Part shown: in pieces, positions 29,568 through 37,624 of the stretch
Position numbering within the stretch: position 1 is the first letter of the stretch
How the letters are laid out: each line of letters opens with the position of its first letter
Assembly (NCBI GenBank): GCA_025924375.1
Contig: JAICIN010000001.1
Location: 5,895-69,894, forward strand
Length of the DNA: 64,000 nucleotides
Direction of reading: 5' to 3'
From: Dermatophilaceae bacterium
GTDB taxonomy: Bacteria > Actinomycetota > Actinomycetes > Actinomycetales > Dermatophilaceae
Position numbers and translations under genes: made by a program
The notes under the pieces: model-generated
Seen by the model: only the letters and a program-made list of their open reading frames with translations
The model's database searches: none
What the model was told of the DNA's origin: nothing

Positions 29568-29734
29568 GCTGACCACCTTCCGTCGTCTGTCTCGGAGGGG
29601 CCATACCCACCGGTTCCCGCCTCACCCGGGGCCCTCCGACCGTCGCCCTCTGCCCCACGCGATCTCGTCAAACGGACGCGATCCACCAAGCCCGGCCGAT
29701 ACCCTGAACGCCAGTCGCAGGCCGGGAGGGTGCG

Positions 29735-30805
29735 GTGCGTCGGTGCCTCAGGTCAGTCCCGGTGACGGTTGCAACCGTCGCCGTGCTTTCCGCCTGTACC
29801 GGCTCAGCGGCCGTCCAGAGGCCGCCCTCGCCCGTGCGGACGTCGACCTCGGCGCCCGCGCAGCTCCCGAGCTCGGCCCCCGCACAGGTGCCGAGCCCTG
29901 TGACCACGCGCCCGACCGTTCCGCCGGTGGCTGGTCGCCTGCCCGAGCCGCCGGTGATCGCCCAAGGCGTCAGCAGCGCGAACCCAGCGCACACCTTCCG
30001 CAGCTGGGCGTGGGACTTCCGCATGATGCGCCAGGTCTTCAACACCGTCTCCCTGCTGCCGGGCGACCAGCGCGTCGTCGCCGCCGCGCGGCAGGCGGGC
30101 CTCGCGGTGGTCCTGGAGTTCGACTACAAGAGCGACTTCTTCGCCGGCCAGGACATCTCCGGAAGGGTCCGCGCTGTCGCCGACCAGATCCGCGCCAACC
30201 CGGGGACCGTTGCCGCCGTGCACGTGGCAGACCGGCTGAACGAGAAGTACTCCACGGCGGACAGCCTGCGTTACCTCGCCGCCACCGGCGGTCTGCTGCA
30301 CCAGCTCGTGCCCGATGTCCCCGTCTTCGTCAACGCCCCGGACTGGCAGCTCACCTGCGGCCTCCCCGGCCAGGCCTCGTGCGCATCGCACGGCGCGCGG
30401 TTCCAGTACGAGACGGACGCCACCCTCGACGCGTTCCGCAACAGCGGGTACGTCGACGGGCTGTCGATCTCCAACAACCTCAAGGGCTTCAACGCCGTGG
30501 CGCAGGAGGCCGCCTGGCACCGGGCCCGCGCGCACTGGCCGGCGCCGTTCAAGCTGTGGTCCACCTGTTCGCAGCTGTCGTTCGGCGCCGAGCGGTACAA
30601 CGGCTCACCGCCTGCGGATGCGGCGGCCGCCGCCTACATGACCGCGCCCATGCGCGGAGGTGCTGACGGACTGGCGCTGTGGGCCTGGCACCAGCAGTAC
30701 AACAACGAGGTCGACACGTTCCTGGACAAGGACGGTTCGCCGAACGCCGTGTGGAACGCGATGCGCGATGCCGCCTCCGCCCTTGGTGGCCAGGCGGCTC
30801 GCTGA
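29735..30805 (+). CDS. Secreted lipoprotein of unknown function
   Basis: GGGAGGG RBS followed by GTG. Signal/lipobox VTVATVAVLSAC, then a Pro/Ser-rich linker, then a ~260-aa globular domain with no motif I can name. Confidence 0.6.
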   Translation: MRRCLRSVPVTVATVAVLSACTGSAAVQRPPSPVRTSTSAPAQLPSSAPAQVPSPVTTRPTVPPVAGRLPEPPVIAQGVSSANPAHTFRSWAWDFRMMRQVFNTVSLLPGDQRVVAAARQAGLAVVLEFDYKSDFFAGQDISGRVRAVADQIRANPGTVAAVHVADRLNEKYSTADSLRYLAATGGLLHQLVPDVPVFVNAPDWQLTCGLPGQASCASHGARFQYETDATLDAFRNSGYVDGLSISNNLKGFNAVAQEAAWHRARAHWPAPFKLWSTCSQLSFGAERYNGSPPADAAAAAYMTAPMRGGADGLALWAWHQQYNNEVDTFLDKDGSPNAVWNAMRDAASALGGQAAR

Positions 30806-31016
30806 CCCTCGCTCGAAAGACCTCGAGTGCCACGGCGTCCGGTCAGCGCACGGCACCGCACTCACCTGGGAGCATCGTGCCCCGAGTGGCCGCAAACGAC
30901 GATCTCTACTGATCCTTTTGCATGATGTGAGCCTGTCGCGCGGGGGTCGAGACTGACCTGACACCCGCGCGGGGCGGCCCCGAGCCCCGGCGGCTCCGGT
31001 TGGATGGGAGGCGGGT

Positions 31017-33626
31017 GTGCGCACCTCGCTGGCCACTGTCATCGGCTTCGTCGTCGCCGTCATGTTCGCAGGTCCGGCCCAGGCCAGACCGCCGCAGGCC
31101 GGCACGCCGAGCGCGAACATCTACGTGGGCGGAGCGGGGTGTTCGGACGCCGGGAGCGGCACGATCGGCACTCCGTACTGCACCATCGGCGCGGCGGCGG
31201 CGGTCGCGGTCGCCGGGCAGACGGTCATCGTCGCGGCTGGGACCTATCCCGAGAACGTCACGCCGAAGAACAGCGGGCAGCCGAGCGCCCCCATCGTGTT
31301 CACCGCCGCACCCGGTGCCCTGGTGACCGTCACCGGGCAGGCCCATGGCTTCACGATCTCCTCGCGCCACGACATCACCGTCAGCGGCTTCACCGTCAGC
31401 GGCACCACCTCGAACGGGATCTACCTCAAGGGCTCGTCCGGGATCAAGGTGACCGCGAACACCGTCACCGCGTCCGGGAGGCGTGTCCAGGGCCAGACGG
31501 CAACGGGCATCTACGCGAGCGGGACGACGAGCTCGACCATCTCCGCCAACATCAGCTACGACAACTCGGACGCCGGGATCTACCTCACCGGTGGCAGCAC
31601 CGGCATCCAGGTGCTCGGCAACCAGACCTACCTCAACGCCCGGGGATACGCCCGCGCCGCGCCGGGGATCGACGTGCGGAGCCCCGGGAACCAGATCATC
31701 GGCAACGTCAGCCACGACAACGAGGACTCCGGGATCCAGTTCTACCCGGGCGGCGACGACAACCTCGCTGCCGACAACGTGATCTACCACAACAAGGGAT
31801 GGTCCTCGACGCTGAACGCCGTGGTCGGCGACCACGGCATCGACAACCTGGGGGTGCGGGGAAACCGCATCGTCTCCAACAGCGTCTACGACAACGTCAC
31901 GGCGGGCATCAACGTGGAGGGCCTGCCGGCATCGTGGTTGACCGCTGCGGTCGGGAGTGCGGACACCACGCTGGCCGTCGGCACGGCCACGGGGTTCCCG
32001 ACCAGCGGCGCATTCACCATCCAGGTCGACAACGAGCAGATGACCGTGACCGCCGGGCAGGGGTCGACGGTCTGGACGGTCCAGCGCGGGGTGAACGGCA
32101 CGCTTCCTGCCGCGCACGCCGCCGGCTCCTCGACCAGCCAGAACGTCTTCCAGTGGAGCGGCTTCGTCATCGAGAACAACGTCCTGATGGACAACGCGGT
32201 GAACTGCCCGAACGCCTCGGGCGGGGTCACCACCTGTCCCGCGACCAAGGGCAACATCCGTGTGGACAAGAGCTCCTTCGTGGGTGTCACCGTCGACTAC
32301 GACCTGATGTACCTCAGCGTGCCGGGCACGTGGGGGACCTGGCAGCAGACGTTGTACTCCTCGCTGAGCGCCTTCGCCGCCGCGAGCGGGAAGGAGGCCC
32401 ACGGGCTGGCCGGCGACCCCAAGTGGGTCAGCCCCGGCCATGGCGACCTGCACCTGCGGCGGGGCTCCGGCGCCATCGACTCCGCCGACTCCGGCGCGCC
32501 GGGGGAGCAGCCGACCGACCGGGACGGCAACGCCTGCGCCGACGACGCCCTCACGTCCAACACCGGCGCCGGGCCGCTGCCCTACTGCGACCGCGGCGCG
32601 TACGAGTACCAGCCCGACTACCCACCGACGGCCGCGTTGACCGTCTCGCCCGCCTCCGGCACGGCGCCCGTCACCGTCGTCGCGGACGCGTCCGGGTCGT
32701 CCGACTCCGACTCGACACCGATCGCGTCGTACAGCTTCAACTTCGGCGACGGCTCGCCCGTCGTCGGACCCCAGCAGGCTGCGACGGCGACACACACGTA
32801 CACCCTCGGTGGCACGTTCCCAGTCACGGTGACCGTCACGGACACCGCGGGCGAGCAGTCGACGACGGCGCAGTCGGTGACCGTCACGGCGTCGTCGGCG
32901 GCGCCGACCGCCGCCCTCACGGTGAGCCCGAGCAGCGGCGTGGCACCACTGGCGGTGACCGCCGACGCCTCCGGCAGCTCGGACCCGGGTGGTGGCCAGA
33001 TCGTGTCGTACACCTTCGACTTCGGTGACGGGTCCGCAGTGGTCGGTCCACAGGCCAGCCCGACTGCTGCACACACGTACGGCGCCGGCACCTGGACGGC
33101 CACGGTCACTGTGACGAACGCGCAGGGTCTCAGCGGACACGCCACGCAGACGGTCGCGGTGAGCTCGCCACCCACCAACCTGATCGGCAACCCGGGTTTC
33201 GAGTCCGGAACGGCAGGCTGGAACACCAGTGGTAGGACCGGGATCACGCTCACCACGGTCAGCGGCGGTCACTCCGGCAGCTTTGCCGCCGAGCTCAGCA
33301 ACAGCGGTACTGCGACGCAGCCGGACTGCACGCTCAACGACGCCCCGAACTGGGTGTCGTCGACCCAGGCCGGGAGCTACCTCGCCAGTGCATGGGTGAG
33401 GGGCCCCGCCGGAGTGACGGTGCAGCTGCGGATCCGTGAGTACAACGGTTCCACGTTCGTCGGGTCACAGGCCGTGACGACGACGCTGACCTCGAACTGG
33501 TCGCAGCTCTCCGTGACCTATCCCGTCGGTGTGGTCGGCTCCACGCTGGACCTCACGTTGTACAAGACGAACGCGGCACCGGGCCTGTGCTTCGACGCGG
33601 ACGACCTCTGGCTGTCGCACTCCTGA
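31017..33626 (+). CDS. Secreted right-handed parallel beta-helix protein with tandem PKD-like domains and a C-terminal carbohydrate-binding (CBM4/9-like) module; candidate polysaccharide lyase/depolymerase
   Basis: Signal peptide VRTSLATVIGFVVAVMFAGPAQA. Repeated ...GI(Y/D)L...N.I..N... beta-helix turns. Two clear PKD-like repeats (YSFNFGDGSPVVGPQQAATATHTY...VTVTVTD and YTFDFGDGSAVVGPQASPTAAHTY...ATVTVTN). The tail NLIGNPGFESGTAGW is typical of CBM4/9. Confidence 0.8.
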   Translation: MRTSLATVIGFVVAVMFAGPAQARPPQAGTPSANIYVGGAGCSDAGSGTIGTPYCTIGAAAAVAVAGQTVIVAAGTYPENVTPKNSGQPSAPIVFTAAPGALVTVTGQAHGFTISSRHDITVSGFTVSGTTSNGIYLKGSSGIKVTANTVTASGRRVQGQTATGIYASGTTSSTISANISYDNSDAGIYLTGGSTGIQVLGNQTYLNARGYARAAPGIDVRSPGNQIIGNVSHDNEDSGIQFYPGGDDNLAADNVIYHNKGWSSTLNAVVGDHGIDNLGVRGNRIVSNSVYDNVTAGINVEGLPASWLTAAVGSADTTLAVGTATGFPTSGAFTIQVDNEQMTVTAGQGSTVWTVQRGVNGTLPAAHAAGSSTSQNVFQWSGFVIENNVLMDNAVNCPNASGGVTTCPATKGNIRVDKSSFVGVTVDYDLMYLSVPGTWGTWQQTLYSSLSAFAAASGKEAHGLAGDPKWVSPGHGDLHLRRGSGAIDSADSGAPGEQPTDRDGNACADDALTSNTGAGPLPYCDRGAYEYQPDYPPTAALTVSPASGTAPVTVVADASGSSDSDSTPIASYSFNFGDGSPVVGPQQAATATHTYTLGGTFPVTVTVTDTAGEQSTTAQSVTVTASSAAPTAALTVSPSSGVAPLAVTADASGSSDPGGGQIVSYTFDFGDGSAVVGPQASPTAAHTYGAGTWTATVTVTNAQGLSGHATQTVAVSSPPTNLIGNPGFESGTAGWNTSGRTGITLTTVSGGHSGSFAAELSNSGTATQPDCTLNDAPNWVSSTQAGSYLASAWVRGPAGVTVQLRIREYNGSTFVGSQAVTTTLTSNWSQLSVTYPVGVVGSTLDLTLYKTNAAPGLCFDADDLWLSHS

Positions 33627-33653
33627 TCCTCTGATCCTCTGATCCCCTGATCC
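33623..33653. repeat. Four tandem 8-bp units CTGATCC(T/C) starting at the beta-helix gene stop; they place TGA in all three forward frames
   Basis: Read directly: CTGATCC at 33623, 33631, 33639 and 33647. Confidence 0.85.
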
Positions 33654-33974
33654 CCGGCTGTCGTCCCGGGCGGCGACCGGCCGGCTGGGGTGCCGCGGCG
33701 CGATGTGCCCACGCCCGCGCCCTAAGTCCTTCTCGTCCAAGCGCAGTACGACTTATCGCTCTTTCGTGGGTTCTCGTCCATTTCCCTCGGGGACATCGTT
33801 GTCCCAGTGCGACGCGGCTTGATGGTCGGACGTTCGCGAAGCGAACCGGCTCGGCATGCATCCCGCGATCGCGGCGGTCGCCGGACCCTGCACCCAGCCT
33901 CTCCGGCGGCCGCACGCTCCGTTCGCCATTAGATGCCCGCCTGAGCGGCAGGCGAGAACCCCGGGAGGCACACC

Positions 33975-35291
33975 GTGGAACCGACCGAGGTCCTGTCACG
34001 CATCTTCAACCGGCATCGGCTGCTGGTGTTCATGATGGTGCTGCTCGGTCTCGGCACCGGTCTGGGCCTGCACTGGAACGATGGGCCGACCTACCAGGGA
34101 ACGGCACGACTGCTGGCCACGGCCTCCGACCCGACCTCGTCCGGCCAGGCCACCGCGGTCGCGGACACCGTCCGCGGGCTTGCCACTGGTCAGGCGCTCG
34201 TGCGCCGGGCGCTCGCCTCGATCGGTGTGCACCGTGACCCGGTCCAGGTCGCCACCTACGCCATCACCGTGCAGAGCCTGGGGTCGTCGGGCGTGGTGCA
34301 GCTGCAGGTCACCGACCATGACCCCAAGGTGGCCCTGCAGCTCACGAATGCCGTCGCGCGCGCCGTCGTCCAGGAGCGCAGCGACGCCGCGTCCAGCGGC
34401 CTGCGGTCCCAGATCACTGCGCTGCAGGACAGGATCGACGGGGTCGAGGCCGAGGTTGCCACCGTCGACCAGAAGCTCAGCGTGGTCAGCAAGCAGGCCG
34501 GCACGGTGGATCCCGCTGTCGCCAGCGAGGCCAGCGCCGAACGCGCGCAGCTGCTCGCGCAGCGGACGGGGCTCACCGAGGAGCTCGGCGTCTACACGAG
34601 GAGCAAGACGGACCTTGAAGGGCAGCTGGCCGGGGAGCCGCAGGCCGCCGTGGTCGACACCGCGCAGGCACCCGCGGTCGAGGTGACACCGCGACAGCTG
34701 CCCGATGTGGCGCTCGGTGGCCTCCTGGGCCTCGTGCTGGGAGTGGCCCTCGCGGGTGCGCTCGAGACGCTTCGCCCGACCGTCATGGGTCGCATCGCGA
34801 TCGCGCGGTCGCTGCAGAGCCCGGTCCTCGGCGAGGTGCGGCGCTACGCGTCCGACTGGAACCGCGCAGACGTGCTCGAGACGGCGTCGCACATCGGACT
34901 CGCGGCGACCGGCGCCGAAGTGCGGCGCGTCGACTTCATGAGCATCTCCGAGCAGGTCGACGTGGCGGGTCTGGCTGCTGCCGTCGGCAAGGAGCTCACC
35001 AACCTGACCGTCGAGGTCGCGGACCGCGACACCATCGTCGCCCGGTTGGTGTCGGACGGTGACGGAAGCAGCTCTCTGCAGGGGAACCGCGGCCGACGCG
35101 CCGGGTCGGTGCGCGGGCTCGTCCTCGTGGTGCCGGAGGCCGTCAAGCTGGCCGACCTGGAACCCGCGCGCGACTTCCTCGCCATCTCGGGCTGGCCGTT
35201 GCTGGGCGTGGTCATCGCGCAGCGTGCCAACCCCCTCGCACTCGTTCGCCGTGACTCCACCCCCAACCTGACCGGAGAGGCCACCGCATGA
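33975..35291 (+). CDS. Polysaccharide co-polymerase (Wzz/PCP-2b-like) with a C-terminal domain resembling a BY-kinase but lacking Walker A and a Tyr cluster
   Basis: TM1 LLVFMMVLLGLGTGLGL, a coiled-coil ectodomain, TM2 VALGGLLGLVLGVALAGAL, then a ~170-aa cytoplasmic domain (…RRVDFMSISEQVDVAGLAAAVGKEL…GLVLVVPEAVKLADLEPARDFLAISGWPLLGVVI). Confidence 0.7.
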   Translation: MEPTEVLSRIFNRHRLLVFMMVLLGLGTGLGLHWNDGPTYQGTARLLATASDPTSSGQATAVADTVRGLATGQALVRRALASIGVHRDPVQVATYAITVQSLGSSGVVQLQVTDHDPKVALQLTNAVARAVVQERSDAASSGLRSQITALQDRIDGVEAEVATVDQKLSVVSKQAGTVDPAVASEASAERAQLLAQRTGLTEELGVYTRSKTDLEGQLAGEPQAAVVDTAQAPAVEVTPRQLPDVALGGLLGLVLGVALAGALETLRPTVMGRIAIARSLQSPVLGEVRRYASDWNRADVLETASHIGLAATGAEVRRVDFMSISEQVDVAGLAAAVGKELTNLTVEVADRDTIVARLVSDGDGSSSLQGNRGRRAGSVRGLVLVVPEAVKLADLEPARDFLAISGWPLLGVVIAQRANPLALVRRDSTPNLTGEATA

Positions 35292-35335
35292 CCATCATCG
35301 AACGGCCCGAGATGACCATCATCGAGCGGCCCGAG
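35288..35335 (+). repeat. Tandem duplication of the first 8 codons (24 bp) of the aminotransferase gene
   Basis: ATGACCATCATCGAACGGCCCGAG / ATGACCATCATCGAGCGGCCCGAG, with one synonymous difference. The translation is MTIIERPE-MTIIERPE. Confidence 0.9.
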
Positions 35336-36502
35336 GTGCTGCCCGCGCCTGTTCTCGAGCGGATCGCCTTCGCGCGCACGCCGATCAGCCCGGCCACGGC
35401 CGCTGCCGTGGCAGAGGTGCTCAGCTCCGGCTGGCTCACCACCGGCCCGAAGGTGGCGCAGTTCGAGCGCGAGTTCGCCGAGTTCACGCAGACGCAGCAC
35501 GCGGTAGCGGTCTCCTCCTGCACCACGGCGCTCGAGCTGTCGCTGAGGTCCCTGCGACTGCCGGCCGGGGCGCCCGTGCTCACCTCGACCGTGACGTTCT
35601 GCGGTGCGGTCAACGCCATCCTGCACGCAGGCCTGCGGCCGGTGTTCGTCGACATCGACCTCGATACCCTGATGCCGGATGCCGAGTCCGTCGCAGCGGC
35701 AGTGCACCGCAGTGGCCGACCGGCCGCCGCAGTGGTGCTGCACTTTGCCGGTCACCCCGCGCCGGTTGCCGAGATCGCCGCCGCTGCCGGGCTGCCCCTG
35801 GACCGGGTCATCGAGGACGCTGCTCACGCAGTCGGGACCCGTGTCGGTGAGCGACCCGTCGGCGGCCTCTCCGCAGCAGCCTGCTTCAGCTTCTATGCGA
35901 CGAAGAACCTGCCCATCGGCGAGGGCGGAATGGTGACCACCGACGACCTCGACGTCGCCGACTTCGTCCGCAGGTGCCGGTTGCACGGCATGAGCCGCGA
36001 CGCCTGGAAGCGCTACCTGCCCGGCAACTCGTGGCGCTACTCCGTCGAGGAGGTCGGACTCAAGGCCAACATGACCGACCTCCAGGCGGCGATCGGCCTC
36101 GCGCAGCTGCCCGAGGTACCGGCGTGGCAGCGTCGACGCGAGCAGCTGGTGGCGCGCTACGACGAGGCGCTCGCGGGCGTACCCGGACTGGTCCGGCCCG
36201 CCCGTCCCTCGGTGGGGCGGCACTCGTGGCACCTCTACGTCGTCCGTGTCACGCCCGAGTTCGGCATGTCGCGCGACGACCTCATGGTCCGTCTCGCCGC
36301 GGCGGGCATCGACTGTTCCGTGCACTTCATCCCGATGCACACCCAGCCCTACCTCGTCGGTCTGCCCGACGTGGACCCTCGCCACTTCCCCGTCGCGGAA
36401 GCCGCGTTCGCGCAGTACTTCTCGCTACCGCTCTACCCGGACCTGACCGACGGGCAGGTCGACCGGATCTGCGCCGAGATCGCCGCCACCACGATCGTGT
36501 GA
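35288..36502 (+). CDS. DegT/DnrJ/EryC1/StrS-family PLP-dependent sugar aminotransferase
   Basis: VLSSGWLTTGPKVAQFEREFAEF...AVSSCTTALELSL...FSFYATKNLPIGEGGMVTT. The ATG overlaps the upstream stop (ATGA). Confidence 0.9.
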   Translation: MTIIERPEMTIIERPEVLPAPVLERIAFARTPISPATAAAVAEVLSSGWLTTGPKVAQFEREFAEFTQTQHAVAVSSCTTALELSLRSLRLPAGAPVLTSTVTFCGAVNAILHAGLRPVFVDIDLDTLMPDAESVAAAVHRSGRPAAAVVLHFAGHPAPVAEIAAAAGLPLDRVIEDAAHAVGTRVGERPVGGLSAAACFSFYATKNLPIGEGGMVTTDDLDVADFVRRCRLHGMSRDAWKRYLPGNSWRYSVEEVGLKANMTDLQAAIGLAQLPEVPAWQRRREQLVARYDEALAGVPGLVRPARPSVGRHSWHLYVVRVTPEFGMSRDDLMVRLAAAGIDCSVHFIPMHTQPYLVGLPDVDPRHFPVAEAAFAQYFSLPLYPDLTDGQVDRICAEIAATTIV

Positions 36503-36525
36503 ACCACGCACGTAAGGGAGAACCC

Positions 36526-37623
36526 ATGGACACCACAGGCAAGACGCGGAACGGGCTGGAGCGCATCGACCGGCGCGGCCGGAGACGCGGCGGCCTCTCC
36601 AGCGTCACGGTGATCGGTGGCGCCGGCTATGTCGGGTCGCTCCTGGTCGAGCGGCTGCTCGAAGCCGGGACGTCGGTCACCGTCATGGATGCACTGATGT
36701 TCGGTGACGACGGGCTCCGGACGGTCGTCGACCATCCTCGGCTCACGTTCGTGCACGGTGACCTGCGGGACATCGAGGCGGTCGTCCGGGCCTGCGCCGG
36801 CGCGGACGCCGTCGTCCACCTCGGCGCGGTGGTGGGCGACCCGGCCTGCGCGCTCGACGAGGCCGCGACCCTCGCGATCAACCGCGACGCGACCGTCACC
36901 ACGGCGCGAGTGGCGCGGGCCCTCGCGGTGCGCCGGTTCGTCTTCGCCTCGACCTGCAGCGTCTACGGCGCCTCGGACGAGCTGCTCACCGAGGAGTCGG
37001 AGAAGGCCCCGATCTCGGTGTACGCCCGCAGCAAGGCCGAGTCCGAGGACCTGCTGCTGCCGATGTCGGGACCCGACTTCCACACCACGGTGCTGCGCTT
37101 CGGCACGCTGTTCGGGCAGTCGCGGCGTGACCGCTTCGACCTGGTGGTCAACCTGCTCGCAGCCAAGGCGGTCATCGATGGCGAGATCAGCATCAACGGC
37201 GGTGACCAGTGGCGACCGTTCGTCCACGTCGCCGACTGCGTGGACGCGGTCCTCGCCTGCCTCGACGCCCCCGAGTCCGCTGTCAGCAGCCGCATCTTCA
37301 ACGTCGGGTCGGACGCGCAGAACCGCACGCTGCGCGACGTCGGCGAGATGATCCGTGACCTGCTCCCCGACGTACGAGTCCTGTACGGCGAGTCCGCAGC
37401 CGCGGAGGCGAACTACCGGGTCAGCTTCGAGCGCATCTCGACCGAGCTGGGGTTCCACCCGGAGCGCACGCTCAGCGACGGCATCGTCGAGATCCAGGAT
37501 GCCGTGCGCGCAGGCATGGTCACCGACTACACGGACGCCCGGTACAGCAACTTCCAGTCGCTGGTCACCGGGCGGGCCAGCCTCGACCTCGTGCAGCCCG
37601 CCGCCGAGGCAGGGGTCGGCTGA
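36526..37623 (+). CDS. NAD-dependent epimerase/dehydratase (extended SDR)
   Basis: AAGGGAG RBS followed by ATG. It has VIGGAGYVGS (Rossmann), STCSVYG and YARSK (YxxxK). Confidence 0.85.
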   Translation: MDTTGKTRNGLERIDRRGRRRGGLSSVTVIGGAGYVGSLLVERLLEAGTSVTVMDALMFGDDGLRTVVDHPRLTFVHGDLRDIEAVVRACAGADAVVHLGAVVGDPACALDEAATLAINRDATVTTARVARALAVRRFVFASTCSVYGASDELLTEESEKAPISVYARSKAESEDLLLPMSGPDFHTTVLRFGTLFGQSRRDRFDLVVNLLAAKAVIDGEISINGGDQWRPFVHVADCVDAVLACLDAPESAVSSRIFNVGSDAQNRTLRDVGEMIRDLLPDVRVLYGESAAAEANYRVSFERISTELGFHPERTLSDGIVEIQDAVRAGMVTDYTDARYSNFQSLVTGRASLDLVQPAAEAGVG

Positions 37624-37624
37624 C

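Noticed and set aside
33623-33653. Short tandem repeats (here and at 3443-3476, 35288-35335, 43571-43628) as possible CRISPR arrays.
   Set aside because: The units are 8-24 bp and directly abutting with no spacers, there are only 2-4 copies, and no cas genes are present. They are simple tandem duplications.
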